A stretch of DNA of 64,000 nucleotides. Origin: Thermofilaceae archaeon (lineage in GTDB: Archaea; Thermoproteota; Thermoprotei; Thermofilales; Thermofilaceae). Positions 29,421 through 39,615 of this stretch are shown one piece after another. The notes under the pieces are model-generated. The model was not told the origin of the DNA. It did no database searches and was given only the letters and a program-made list of their open reading frames with translations. The number at the start of each line of letters is the position of its first letter. Within the stretch, counting starts at the first letter, position 1. Location of the stretch: the NCBI GenBank assembly GCA_038727095.1, contig JAVYWK010000005.1:1-64000 (forward strand), given 5' to 3'. Made by a program: the position numbers and the translations under genes.

Positions 29421-30380
29421 TTAACGTAGGTGCTCGACGTCACCCGAGTAGAAGACCATCTTCATTCCCTCTCTCTCCACAATCAACCCTCCCTGCTCTT
29501 CGATATCTACGGCTACACCTTCGAAAGTCCCTTTCACGGTAACCACGCGTACGGTTTTCCCAAGCGTTGATGAAAGCTCCCTCCACTCATCGAGCACGCT
29601 AACAGCAGCCCCCTCAAGCAGCATTGCGTAGAGTCGGTCGAACTCCTTAAGGATCCGCAGGAGTAGGAGTGTGCGGGGTAGTGCGCGACCCGTAAGCTCC
29701 TTTAACGATGTGGCAAGGGTCTGCAGCTCCCGCGGCGGGCTGTTGTTCACGTTAACTCCGATGCCGGCGAGTGCGTAGCGGAGCCTATCGGCTTCCGCGC
29801 TGCCTTCCACGAGAATCCCCGCGACCTTCCTTCCCTCCACCATCACGTCGTTCGGCCATTTCAGCCGAGCATCGACGCCGGCTATCTCCCGGATGGCTTT
29901 TGCAACAGCGACGCCAGCCGTTAAACTCAGCAGGTGTGAAACCCCGAAGCTCGTCGGCCTAAGCAGGATCGTGAGCCAAAGACCACCCCTGGGGGAGACC
30001 CAGCTCCTGCCGAGCCTCCCCCTGCCCGCCGACTGCTCCTCCGCCACAACCACGGTACCCTCACCCGCCCCAGCCTCAGCGAGAGCAGCCGCAACCTCCT
30101 GGGTTGAGGAGCAGGATTCGAGGTAGCAGAGGGTGAAGGGTAGGGACGCCTTTAGCGCGCCAACGTAGCGGGCCGCCGCGCTCAAGTCGTCGCTCGCGAC
30201 GAGCCTGTAACCCAGCTTAGGGTGGGCCTCAACCGGGTACCCCTCCTCGACCAGCCTCCTCGCCAGCCTGCTCACAGTCGCACGGGAGAAGCGGAGGGCT
30301 CGCGCCAGCTTCTCCCCCAAGACAAAACCGGGGCTCAGCGCCAGCTCCCTCAGTAGGGCGGCCTCCAGCTCGCCGCTCAC
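29421..30380 (-). CDS. birA: Bifunctional biotin--protein ligase/repressor
   Basis: N-terminal HTH, SSTQ, QSAGRGRLGRSWVSP, KWPND, KVAGILVE. Confidence 0.93.
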   Translation of the reverse strand: MSGELEAALLRELALSPGFVLGEKLARALRFSRATVSRLARRLVEEGYPVEAHPKLGYRLVASDDLSAAARYVGALKASLPFTLCYLESCSSTQEVAAALAEAGAGEGTVVVAEEQSAGRGRLGRSWVSPRGGLWLTILLRPTSFGVSHLLSLTAGVAVAKAIREIAGVDARLKWPNDVMVEGRKVAGILVEGSAEADRLRYALAGIGVNVNNSPPRELQTLATSLKELTGRALPRTLLLLRILKEFDRLYAMLLEGAAVSVLDEWRELSSTLGKTVRVVTVKGTFEGVAVDIEEQGGLIVEREGMKMVFYSGDVEHLR

Positions 30381-30390
30381 GCCCCACGCA

Positions 30391-31074
30391 TCACCCCCGA
30401 GTTAAAAGGCTGTACTCGCGGCTCAGCGACCTGGCAACTCGCCAAGCGGCTAGCACGGCGAGCGCGTGATCCATCGCGAAGTCCTGCGGAATGAAGATGA
30501 GTACTGAAACCAGAGGGATCGCCAGCGCTGCATCCCGCACCCCAAAGAGCCGGGAAGCGCCCATAACCCACGCCGCGAGCCTAGGGTCTGCGGAAACCCA
30601 CCGTGTAAACACCAGGTAACCCAGCAGGTAGATCGGCACTGCAGCAGCGCACGAAAGGAGCCACAGCGCGACTAGGTCCCGCCTACCCGCCTCGCGCAGA
30701 GTTCTTCCGCAGCCCCTCTCGTAGAGCTCCCTCAGCACGGCCGTCAGTAGAGCTGCAAGGGGGAAGGCGGCCAGGTAGCCTCCGGTCGGCCCGAGGAGGA
30801 TCCCCACTCCGCCTCTGAGGCCCGCGGCTAAAGGCAAGCCCGTCGCGATGAGCGCTAGGTACAGGAGCTGGGACAGCAGAGCCCAGCGAGGTGGTAGCAG
30901 CAACCCCGAGAGGACGACGCCCGCGTTCTGCATCGTGTAGGGCACGGGCCCTAGCCTGAAGGTTACCTGTGCGAGCAGGCCGGTAACAACCGCCAACGCT
31001 GTTGAAACCGTCAACCTGAAAACGGTCACCCCCACGGGGGAACCCTGCTCCACGCCGGCTATTAAGGACTCCAC
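30391..31074 (-). CDS. bioY: Biotin transporter S-component BioY (true start may be GTG 31035)
   Basis: GPVPYTMQ, GLP..AG..GG.G.LLGPTGGYL; adjacent to birA. Confidence 0.88.
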   Translation of the reverse strand: MESLIAGVEQGSPVGVTVFRLTVSTALAVVTGLLAQVTFRLGPVPYTMQNAGVVLSGLLLPPRWALLSQLLYLALIATGLPLAAGLRGGVGILLGPTGGYLAAFPLAALLTAVLRELYERGCGRTLREAGRRDLVALWLLSCAAAVPIYLLGYLVFTRWVSADPRLAAWVMGASRLFGVRDAALAIPLVSVLIFIPQDFAMDHALAVLAAWRVARSLSREYSLLTRG

Positions 31075-31075
31075 A

Positions 31076-31090
31076 GTGAAACCGTTTCAC
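31076..31090. promoter_or_regulatory. Perfect palindrome upstream of bioY, possible operator
   Basis: GTGAAAC-C-GTTTCAC in a divergent promoter region. Confidence 0.35.
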
Positions 31091-31158
31091 GTAAACGCAC
31101 TCCATATCCGCGACAACGGGGAAACAATCGTTTTTTACGTGCTCTGAAATAGGAAGAC

Positions 31159-32139
31159 GTGTGGCAGGGCCTCCTGCCTCCCCAAGCCTTACTGGCTTGG
31201 AGGAGGTTCAAGAAGGTGCTTCTCGATCCACCGCGGTTCGAGCCGGGCTCTTGGGCTGGCGCTGGGAAGCTCTGGCTGGACCCTCTCGACCGCGAGTTCC
31301 TGCTCACCAGTAGGCCTAGGGGCTGGCCGGAGAGGGGGTTCGCAATCGAAGTTTACCGCTCCAGGGATGGGGAGAACTTCACGCTCGCTTGCAGGTTGAG
31401 CAAGGAGGAGTTGAGCGATATGTGCGGCTTAAAGGTGCTCAGCATCGAGGGGACGCAAATCCTCCGCGACCCGCTGACCGGGAGGTACATGCTCTACGCC
31501 TCCCTTGACGTGGGCGGAAGATGGGAGACCTACCTGCTGTCCTCAGACGACCCGGCGGGGCCCTGGCGCGGTGAAGGGTATGTGCTCCGCTGCGATAGGG
31601 ACTACGATGCGGTGGAGGCTAGGGACCCGACGATCGATATCGTCGATGGGCGCTACATCTGCCTCTACAAGGCCAACGCGGGTGGGCTTTCGGTCAGGAC
31701 GGCGCTGGCAGTCAGCGAGGATGGGCGCCGGTGGGTGAAGCTGGGGATTCCCCGGTTGGATGGCGAGGAGCAGAAGCCCTACTTCCTCCTCTACGGCTCC
31801 ATCTTCGCCGGCTGCACAGGCCCCGTGATCATCGGTGTTGCCACGAGAGAGGTGGTGAAAGGCGCCCACCTGACCGACACCTTCGCCGCCTACGTCATAG
31901 ATTACCGGGGGTTGAACCTCGAGCGGATCTTCGAGGCGAAGTGGGCGCCGGGCTCGATCTACGAGCACCCCCGCTACCCCATCCACGGTTACGCTGGCGT
32001 GGCTCAAGACGTGGAGCGCGGCCGCTGGTTGATCTGGATCGAGGCTGTCGACCCGAGCTGGAGCAGGGAGCCCGGATTAAACGAGGAGGTTGATAGGGTG
32101 CTACTCTACGAGAGCAAGCCGCCATCGAAAAGTTTTTAG
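31159..32139 (+). CDS. Putative five-bladed beta-propeller glycoside hydrolase-like protein
   Basis: SIEG..ILRDP..GRYMLY, EARDP.I..VDGRY..LYK, LAVSEDG..W repeats. Confidence 0.55.
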   Translation: MWQGLLPPQALLAWRRFKKVLLDPPRFEPGSWAGAGKLWLDPLDREFLLTSRPRGWPERGFAIEVYRSRDGENFTLACRLSKEELSDMCGLKVLSIEGTQILRDPLTGRYMLYASLDVGGRWETYLLSSDDPAGPWRGEGYVLRCDRDYDAVEARDPTIDIVDGRYICLYKANAGGLSVRTALAVSEDGRRWVKLGIPRLDGEEQKPYFLLYGSIFAGCTGPVIIGVATREVVKGAHLTDTFAAYVIDYRGLNLERIFEAKWAPGSIYEHPRYPIHGYAGVAQDVERGRWLIWIEAVDPSWSREPGLNEEVDRVLLYESKPPSKSF

Positions 32140-32151
32140 TAGCAAACGCCC

Positions 32152-33096
32152 GTGGGCCGCGTGGAGTTCGATCCGAAAGCCTTCCTCGAGAAGGCAGTGG
32201 AGGAAGTAAGGTCCAGGGTGGGCGGTGAGCGCGCGATTGCCGCCTGCTCGGGCGGTGTTGACAGCACCGTCTCAGCGCTGATAGCGAGGATTGCGCTCGG
32301 CGACCGGCTGAAGGCAGTGTACATCGATGACGGCTTCAGGAGGTTGGGCGAGCCAGAGGCGACGGTCCAGCTCCTAAGGAGCCTCGGGCTAGATGTGGAG
32401 TTGATCGACGCGAAGAATGAGTTCTACAACGCCGTTAGGGGGCTGAGGGACGCTGAGGAGAAGAGGAAGGCGTTCAGGCACACCTTCTACACCGTGCTAG
32501 GGAGAGCCGCGAAGAGCTGGGGGGCTAGGTTCCTGGTGCAGGGCACGATCGCGCCCGACATCATCGAGACCGTGGGCGGGGTGAAGACGCAGCACAACGT
32601 GCTGGTGCAGCTGGGTTTGGACCCCAGGGCTTACGGCTTCGAAGTGGTTGAACCCCTCAGGGAGCTGTACAAGCCGCAGGTGAGGCAGCTGGCCAGGTAT
32701 TTGGGCCTCCCGAAGGAGATCTCGGAGAAGATGCCCTTCCCCGGTCCCGGGCTCCTCATCAGGGTTGTGGGCGAGGCGACGCCGGAGAAAGTGGACATCG
32801 TGAGGAGGGCCACGAGGATCGTTGAGGAGGAGACTCGGGGCTTGGGCGCCTTCCAGGCCTTCGCCGTCCTCCTCGAGGGTAAGGCAACGGGAGTCAAAGG
32901 GGGTAAGAGGGTCTACGGCTACATAGTAGCTGTGAGGGTGGTGGAGAGCGAGGACGCGGTTACGGCTAGGGCCAGCGAACTCCCCTACCCGCTGCTCAAG
33001 CGGATCGCCAACCGCATCATCAACGAGGTGCCGGAGGTGGCTCGCGTGCTCTACGACGTCACTGACAAGCCCCCGGCCACCATCGAGTTCGAGTAA
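32152..33096 (+). CDS. guaAB: GMP synthase ATP-pyrophosphatase subunit B
   Basis: SGGVDS, EEKRK, LVQGTIAPD, KTQHNV, PFPGPGL, YDVTDKPPATIEFE. Confidence 0.93.
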   Translation: MGRVEFDPKAFLEKAVEEVRSRVGGERAIAACSGGVDSTVSALIARIALGDRLKAVYIDDGFRRLGEPEATVQLLRSLGLDVELIDAKNEFYNAVRGLRDAEEKRKAFRHTFYTVLGRAAKSWGARFLVQGTIAPDIIETVGGVKTQHNVLVQLGLDPRAYGFEVVEPLRELYKPQVRQLARYLGLPKEISEKMPFPGPGLLIRVVGEATPEKVDIVRRATRIVEEETRGLGAFQAFAVLLEGKATGVKGGKRVYGYIVAVRVVESEDAVTARASELPYPLLKRIANRIINEVPEVARVLYDVTDKPPATIEFE

Positions 33097-33164
33097 AGAC
33101 CTTCAGATGAGCGTAGGGACGACCGACCTCCGACGTCGCGCCGCAGTAACGCCGCGTTACGCTC

Positions 33165-35315
33165 CTACAAGTCGATGATTACCATCTCGTACTCATCGAG
33201 TTTCAAGGAGAGCCTACCATCGACTAGATCAAGCACGCGGCCCGTAAGAGCTGATCTTGCCTTACGAGGTTCGAAACCCTTGATTTCAATCGTAACGTCC
33301 ACGGGCACGGTTTCTCTCGGCGGCATGACGGTTTCAACTGTGGAATGCCACATCGTGGGATCATCAGTGTTCCCCCTCAGGATGATCCTTCTATCGAACG
33401 TTAGATTGACGAGGTGGATCAGGAGCTGGCCGCTCCTCACATAAGGCTCAAAGAGCACGAGCCCCCTACTGAAAGCCCTCAGCGGCGGTTCGCCAGACAC
33501 CCACTTAACAGCCCCCTCGATCAGAGCCTCATAATGGGGGAGCCCAAGCCTCCAGTAGAGTCTCCCCAACTGCCCGCTGAAGTAAACCGTTCTGCGCTGC
33601 TCTCCTACTACGATAGCTGGGATGCTCGTTTCCGGTCCGAGGAGCGGTGGGGATCTCCCGTTTTCGTACTCGTACCCGTACTCCCCAGCCGCTAGCGCAA
33701 CCCTACCTAGCACTCGCGAGCCTTCTACAGGCTCCACTATAGCATGCCAAGCAAGTGAGGGCGGCACCCTCCTATCCCTGAACACCCTGTCAAAGTCCCC
33801 CCACACTATGATTGGGTCGGGAACCCCTCTGACAACCGGATGATCGCCCGTGATAACCACGTAGCTCCAGTTAGCCTTTAGCGTACCCCTGTAGGAGACT
33901 CCGAGAAGCCTTGAAAGCCGAAACTCCTCGAGGCTCCTCCCCATCTCATCCAGCTTCGACGTTAGGAAGGAGGCCACTAAGCCCCCACCCCTTCCGACGA
34001 ACGCCTCAAGCTGCGCTGCCGCGCGCTCAGAGAGGGAAGCCGTGTTACCTAGGAGGATGCCAGCGAAGCCCGCGAGGCGGCCTTCATCCAACCGAGAGTC
34101 AGAGATGAAGTCCACTGGGAAGCCGTTGTAGGCAAGGGCGTAGTAGAGCCCCCTCACCTCATCCGTAACGTGTCTCGGATCCCCTCGACCAGCCCAGTCT
34201 CTGCTCCGATTCGAATAGACCACGCCAGCGTACCTCACCCTTTCAACGCCCTCCATAAACTCCTCAAGCCTTTCAACCTCCGCCATCACCTCGGATACGG
34301 GTCTGCGGTACGAGCTGGTTTGCGCAAAAGCGGAGCTGAACACGAGGATCATCGGATCGCCGCCGGCCGCGAAAATCTCCCTGACTCCCTGCTTGATCAC
34401 GATCGGCGTCGTCGGCGTGGTTGTAAGCGCCATGTGGAACACGTTCCTGGTAGCCCAGACCCTCTTACCCCCGCTGAGCGCCTGCGTTAGCTTCACCATT
34501 TCCGCTAGGAAACCGGGGGGCTGGTAGTCCGCTTCAGAGCACTCGGCGAAGACTACATCCAGGTGGTCCCTAGCCATCTCAACAATCGTGTTTGCCCTAC
34601 CCTTCCACCCGGCTGGGTGGCTGTTGTAAACGAGTAGAGCATTCCTGCTTAGAGATTTGACTAGGTTGTAAATGCGCTCGATCGCTTTGACGTTGACCTT
34701 GTACCTCGACAGGAAGCTCTCCCTGTAGGCCAGGGAATCCCAGTCCTCGGTCGCAGGTAGATCCCGCCCCGTTTCATCCCTATGGAGCTTCCTGCACCTC
34801 TCGCAGAAGCAAGCTCTCTCCAGGTCCGGCATGTACCTGAAGGAGTCGAGGAAAACGCCGTCAACACCGTAGGCAAGCACTTCACTCACTTCCTTCAAAA
34901 TCCTCTCGAGGAATGGGGAGTTCAAGCACATCAACGGCCATCTCAGTTCCGGGTTAGCCTCCTGGGAGGGGTTTGTATCCATGTGGATGACCGAGCCGTC
35001 TAGCCTCCTCTGGGCCCAATCCGGGTTTGCGCTGTAAAGCTCAGGGTCAGTCGTGTGGCCAACCATTACAACTACCTTAAGGTTTGACTTTCTGGCGGCT
35101 TCAACTAACTCACGTATGAAATCCCTCGAGCCGAGAGCTGCGGCTTTCCTTATAGCCCCACTATTGTAGTAGGCCCTCCCCCAAGCATCCCTGGCGAAAA
35201 CCACGATTACGTTGCAGTGGAGCTCCCTCGCTAGCCTTGCTACATCTTCGCCCGTGATCCCGCTGAGGTACTTCAGCTCCCTATCCTCGAAGTTGAACTG
35301 GAGAATCCTAGCCAC
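33165..35315 (-). CDS. Putative glycoside hydrolase (GHL6-like TIM barrel plus beta-galactosidase trimerisation domain)
   Basis: VVFARDAWG.AYY, RDFIRELVEA, CLNSP, VDGVFLD, CFCERC, FVGRGGGLVAS; lies in a sugar locus. Confidence 0.7.
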   Translation of the reverse strand: MARILQFNFEDRELKYLSGITGEDVARLARELHCNVIVVFARDAWGRAYYNSGAIRKAAALGSRDFIRELVEAARKSNLKVVVMVGHTTDPELYSANPDWAQRRLDGSVIHMDTNPSQEANPELRWPLMCLNSPFLERILKEVSEVLAYGVDGVFLDSFRYMPDLERACFCERCRKLHRDETGRDLPATEDWDSLAYRESFLSRYKVNVKAIERIYNLVKSLSRNALLVYNSHPAGWKGRANTIVEMARDHLDVVFAECSEADYQPPGFLAEMVKLTQALSGGKRVWATRNVFHMALTTTPTTPIVIKQGVREIFAAGGDPMILVFSSAFAQTSSYRRPVSEVMAEVERLEEFMEGVERVRYAGVVYSNRSRDWAGRGDPRHVTDEVRGLYYALAYNGFPVDFISDSRLDEGRLAGFAGILLGNTASLSERAAAQLEAFVGRGGGLVASFLTSKLDEMGRSLEEFRLSRLLGVSYRGTLKANWSYVVITGDHPVVRGVPDPIIVWGDFDRVFRDRRVPPSLAWHAIVEPVEGSRVLGRVALAAGEYGYEYENGRSPPLLGPETSIPAIVVGEQRRTVYFSGQLGRLYWRLGLPHYEALIEGAVKWVSGEPPLRAFSRGLVLFEPYVRSGQLLIHLVNLTFDRRIILRGNTDDPTMWHSTVETVMPPRETVPVDVTIEIKGFEPRKARSALTGRVLDLVDGRLSLKLDEYEMVIIDL

Positions 35316-36381
35316 CCGAACACCCCCTCAACTCAACCCTGTACGCCGCAACATCCTCCACAACAGCGTCTTCGGAGCCCACAGTCACCCGCTCCCCGTT
35401 AACGTTGAGTACGAGTTGTGCGAGCCCCGTGGCTCCGTCCAGCACGACGCCTGTCACCTCCCCCTCGATCATCGCTTCCCTACCCTTTCTCAGGTGCATC
35501 CCGTACACCGTTGCCCGCAGCCTGCAACCCCTCCTAATGAGGACCTCCGCCTCGAGTAGCGCCAGCCTGAAGAATGTAAACGACGTTGGGAGCCTTACAG
35601 GATCGTCGCAGAGGGCTTCGCTCCTAATCCACCTGTTGAAGAAGTCGTGCTGGAGAAAGTCGATCAGAACCGGCTCTTCGATGATCAAGCCGTAGCTGGG
35701 CGTCTGGTAGGGGCCCATCCGCCTTTGCGTAACGGCAGCAAGCCTCGAGTCCGCGATGGCTACGACGTCACCCGAGATGTAGCGTTTCACCTTCCTCACC
35801 TTCGGTATGCTCTCACGATCCACAGGTACGCCCGGCACCTCATAGAGGAGCACATAGACGTTAACCCCCTCCTCCTCCTTAGCCTCTAAAACCGTGGAAA
35901 GGGAGCTCACGAAGCGGGCGTCTCCGCACACAACCAGATCCACGCTCGCTTCCTTGATCACTTCCTCCGCTCTGGCTAGAAAGCTCCTCCAGTTGCGTAG
36001 AACGTATACCAGGAACTCCTCCTTCTCCGACCGTTTCTCAGTAGAGTAGCTGCTACTCAGCAGAGCCAACGCCTGCGACTTGAGCTCCCTGACCCTCTGA
36101 TCAAATAGTTTCTCCACAACGCTTGGAGGGACTGCTCTGTACACGTTCGGCCTCCCGTAGCTCACTTCAACAAGGCCCACCTGTGCCAGCTCCTTTAGGT
36201 AGCTGTGGAGCTGGGGGGGTTTTGCACCCAGCTCCTCGCTCAGGTCGCTTAACGACATGGGACCTTTCACAGCTAGCACCCAGTAGAGCTCTGCGCTGAA
36301 CTTGCTCAAACCCAACGAGGCGAAAAACTCCCTGAGAACCCTACTGGCATTCATAAAATCGGGCTGAGACTTATCAGACAT
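35308..36381 (-). CDS. trmB: TrmB-family sugar-sensing transcriptional regulator
   Basis: LGLSK..AELY..L wHTH, GRPNVYRAVPP, C-terminal VG..DAVVEDV sugar-binding domain; divergent from the ABC operon. Confidence 0.85.
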   Translation of the reverse strand: MSDKSQPDFMNASRVLREFFASLGLSKFSAELYWVLAVKGPMSLSDLSEELGAKPPQLHSYLKELAQVGLVEVSYGRPNVYRAVPPSVVEKLFDQRVRELKSQALALLSSSYSTEKRSEKEEFLVYVLRNWRSFLARAEEVIKEASVDLVVCGDARFVSSLSTVLEAKEEEGVNVYVLLYEVPGVPVDRESIPKVRKVKRYISGDVVAIADSRLAAVTQRRMGPYQTPSYGLIIEEPVLIDFLQHDFFNRWIRSEALCDDPVRLPTSFTFFRLALLEAEVLIRRGCRLRATVYGMHLRKGREAMIEGEVTGVVLDGATGLAQLVLNVNGERVTVGSEDAVVEDVAAYRVELRGCSGG

Positions 36382-36571
36382 CCCAGCACCATCTTCACGC
36401 TTCAAGTGCACTTTCTTATTAATCTTTCCTTGTAAGCATCATCCCTAGCCGCGCTGGATCACCTTCTACCGGGGGAAGCTGAGCAAAGTTACCGATGTAT
36501 TGCATTTGATTAATAACAAAAGCTAGGAAAAAGATAAATAGGGGAAGCGGTAGGGGTATCCATGTGGAAAC

Positions 36572-37930
36572 ATGCAGGGCAGACCCCCTCCTTCCAGGCT
36601 GATTATCGTCGCTCTTAGCATCGCCCTTGTCGTGGTATCTGCTGTAGCTGGATACTTCGCTTACTTGGCAACTAGACCTCCTCCAGCGCCTCCACCCCCA
36701 TCACCACCACCTACGAGGCCACTAACTCGGATAATATTCGCCTCAACCCAGCTAGCCCCAGCAGCGGAGCAAGCTTTCGTGCGAGGCCTTCTAGCAGGCC
36801 TTCTACACGAGAAGAACATCACGGTTGAGTTCGTACCTCTAGGCTACGCTGACATGGCGGCCAAGCTCGAGGCGGAAGTGACAACAGGGAAAGTGACCGT
36901 CACAGTTGTCGGCGGGCTGGCAACAGAGATCGATTTCTTCGCTAGCAAAGGCCTGCTGGAAGATCTAGGCAAGTTTGGAACCCTCCCCGATAGGACGTTT
37001 GTTAGAACCGCGTTAAACGTTGTAGACGAAATGAAGAATAGGTACGGCGTCACCGCGTTCGCCCCGTGGATGACGGCCACCTTCCTCGTCGTTGTGAATA
37101 ACAGGGCCTTCGAATACCTGCCTCAGGGTTTAACGAAGGAGGACGTTGTCACGGGCACTGAGAAGTGGACGTGGGATGCCCTGGTAGCTTGGGCTCGAAA
37201 CATCTACGAGAAGACAGGAGAGAGGAGAATGGGTCTCCCAGCCGGAGCGGGCGGCCTGCTCCACAGGCTGCTTCACGGCTACCTCTACGTATCTTACACC
37301 GGTTACCAGTCCAGGTACTTCGATAGCCCGGAGGCAGTCGAACTATGGAACATGTTGAAGGAGTTGTGGAAGTACTGCCACCCCGAGAGCACCACCTGGG
37401 CAGCGATGGCTGACCCTCTGATCAGGGGCGACGTGTGGATCGCCTGGGATCACACAGCTAGGGTTGTGGCTGCCCTCAAAACGATGCCCGAAACGTTCAC
37501 AGCTGTACCGGTCCCCAGAGGGCTTAATAGCAGAGGCTACATCATCGTGTTGGCCGGTCTCGCCATGCCCAAGGGTGCTCCCGACCAGGATGCTGGTTGG
37601 GAGCTGATAGAGTTCCTGACAAGGCCCGAGATACAGGCCAGGGTAGCTGAAAACGTCGGCTTCTTCCCGGTTGTAGAAGAAGCCACGCCCGTAATCGTTG
37701 ATCCGGGCATAAAGGTGCTATCCGCAGGTGTTTCAAGGCAGCTTGCGACACCCGACGGTAAAGCCGTCTTTATACCCGTGCTCGGAGGTAAAGCGGGCGA
37801 TTACGTCGCGCTTTACAGGGAAGCGTTCGAGAGAATAGTACTGAAGGGAGAAGAAATCACCAGAGTGCTAGCGGAGCTTAGGCCCAAGCTCGACGCGATC
37901 TTCACTGAGCTCGGGATCGAAGCCCCATAG
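36572..37930 (+). CDS. Sugar ABC transporter substrate-binding protein
   Basis: N-terminal TM anchor, poly-Pro linker, PWMTATF, WIAWDHTAR, LAGLAMPKGAP. Confidence 0.88.
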   Translation: MQGRPPPSRLIIVALSIALVVVSAVAGYFAYLATRPPPAPPPPSPPPTRPLTRIIFASTQLAPAAEQAFVRGLLAGLLHEKNITVEFVPLGYADMAAKLEAEVTTGKVTVTVVGGLATEIDFFASKGLLEDLGKFGTLPDRTFVRTALNVVDEMKNRYGVTAFAPWMTATFLVVVNNRAFEYLPQGLTKEDVVTGTEKWTWDALVAWARNIYEKTGERRMGLPAGAGGLLHRLLHGYLYVSYTGYQSRYFDSPEAVELWNMLKELWKYCHPESTTWAAMADPLIRGDVWIAWDHTARVVAALKTMPETFTAVPVPRGLNSRGYIIVLAGLAMPKGAPDQDAGWELIEFLTRPEIQARVAENVGFFPVVEEATPVIVDPGIKVLSAGVSRQLATPDGKAVFIPVLGGKAGDYVALYREAFERIVLKGEEITRVLAELRPKLDAIFTELGIEAP

Positions 37931-37974
37931 ACTCATTAAGTTAAATAATGAAATTATTTTTGAGGTGATTTTTC

Positions 37975-38811
37975 TTGAGTTTCGTACGCCGAGCGGCTCC
38001 GTACTTGCTGGTTCTTCCCAGTCTGGTCTACGCGCTCGTCTTCACGGGCTACCCTTTAGTCTACGTGCTTGGGATGGCCTTCAGCGGTAGGAATCCTGCG
38101 ATTCTCGAAGTGATTTTCTCGCCCAGGCTCGGGGAAGCCGCCCTCTTTACGGCAGTTATTGTGGCTTCTGTGATTCCCGCTCAGCTGGCGCTGGCGATCT
38201 TTGCTTCGCTCTTCTTCCTGCAGAGCTTCAGGGGGAGGGACCTGGTTTTATACATCTTCGTTATCCCACTAGCGGTGAGTGAGGTAGCTGCAGCCTTGCT
38301 CTGGTACACGATGCTCTCCTCCAGCGGCTTCCTCAATAAGGCGCTCATGAGGATAGGGCTCATCTCAAGACCCATCTACTTCTTCGGTTACCAGTTCAGG
38401 GATAGAACCCTACTAGCCATAGTTCTCACCGAGATCTGGAGGGCAACAGCGATCGTCTTCGTGATAATCTACGCGGGGCTCCAGATGATCAACAGGGAGT
38501 ACCTTGAAGCTGCCGACGTTTTCGGGATGAGCTTCTGGCAGAAGCTGAGGTACGTGATCCTACCTCTGCTCAAACCCTCCATCCAGACAGCGCTCGTGAT
38601 AAGAACCCTCTTCGCCCTTCAGATCGTCGGACCCATCTTCGTCCTCGGCGGCGAGTACATTCGGGTTCTGGCAACCGAGGTTGTCTACTGGTACTCCATG
38701 CGGCTGAACCCTGCCGTAGCCAGCGCGTGGGCTGTCTTAGTCGGAGCAGTCACCTTAGCGTTGGGCGGCCTATACATCAAGCTCCTCTCGCCCAAAGGGG
38801 TGATGCAATGA
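37975..38811 (+). CDS. Sugar ABC transporter permease
   Basis: EAA loop EYLEAADVFG..WQKLRYVILPLLKP. Confidence 0.9.
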   Translation: MSFVRRAAPYLLVLPSLVYALVFTGYPLVYVLGMAFSGRNPAILEVIFSPRLGEAALFTAVIVASVIPAQLALAIFASLFFLQSFRGRDLVLYIFVIPLAVSEVAAALLWYTMLSSSGFLNKALMRIGLISRPIYFFGYQFRDRTLLAIVLTEIWRATAIVFVIIYAGLQMINREYLEAADVFGMSFWQKLRYVILPLLKPSIQTALVIRTLFALQIVGPIFVLGGEYIRVLATEVVYWYSMRLNPAVASAWAVLVGAVTLALGGLYIKLLSPKGVMQ

Positions 38812-39614
38812 TCAAGCGTTGGTTAACGTACATCGGGGCCCTCGCCATCGCTGTGTGGATCCTGCTGCCGATAGCGTACACAATCCTAGCTTCCTTCGCC
38901 GAGATCAGAGACTACTACGCGAGGGTTATACCGAGGAGTTACACCCTGAGGTACTACGAGGAGTACTTCAGGCTAGGAGTGCTTGATGCGCTCGTCAGGA
39001 GCGTCCAGGTTGGTTTAATCACCGTGGCTCTCAGCTTCATTTTCGGCCTCCCCGCGGGCTACGCGATCGGCCGCTGGGCTTTCAGGGGAAGAGACACCCT
39101 AAGGATGGCCGTGATCTTCTTCCGAGTGTTCCCCGTTGCGGTGATGGCCGTCCCCTTGGCTGTCACGTACATTTCTCTGGGCCTCTACGATACGCTGCTG
39201 GGCATCGCGCTCGCCCACACGGCCGTAGCCCTGCCGTTCGTCATCCTGATAACCTCGAGCATCTTCATCAGCATTCCAAAGGATCTGGAGGAGGCGGGGC
39301 ACGTCTTCGGCATGAGCAGGCTCAATGTCTTCCTCAGGATCACACTCCCCCTGGCTGCGCCGGGCCTCGCGGCAGCCGCCATGTTCACCTTCCTGATCTC
39401 CTGGAACGAGGTGGTTGCAGCCACGATCTTGAGCTACGTGAACAGGACGCTTCCGGCGATGGTCCTATCGCCGTACGTCATTGGAACCGGTGGGGAGCTT
39501 CCAGACCCCTACAAGTTCGCAGCCGCGACGATCATGATCCTCCCGGCGCTGCTCTTTATGGCCTACGTTAGGAGGTACTTGATCACCATGTGGGGGGCTG
39601 CCGGGGTGAGGTAG
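38808..39614 (+). CDS. Sugar ABC transporter permease
   Basis: IPKDLEEAG.VFG..FLRITLPLAAPG, SWNE; ATGA overlap. Confidence 0.9.
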   Translation: MIKRWLTYIGALAIAVWILLPIAYTILASFAEIRDYYARVIPRSYTLRYYEEYFRLGVLDALVRSVQVGLITVALSFIFGLPAGYAIGRWAFRGRDTLRMAVIFFRVFPVAVMAVPLAVTYISLGLYDTLLGIALAHTAVALPFVILITSSIFISIPKDLEEAGHVFGMSRLNVFLRITLPLAAPGLAAAAMFTFLISWNEVVAATILSYVNRTLPAMVLSPYVIGTGGELPDPYKFAAATIMILPALLFMAYVRRYLITMWGAAGVR

Positions 39615-39615
39615 G

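Noticed and set aside
33146-33160. GTAACGC-C-GCGTTAC palindrome between convergent guaAB and the hydrolase
   Set aside because: Single short palindrome at convergent gene ends; no further support for a distinct element
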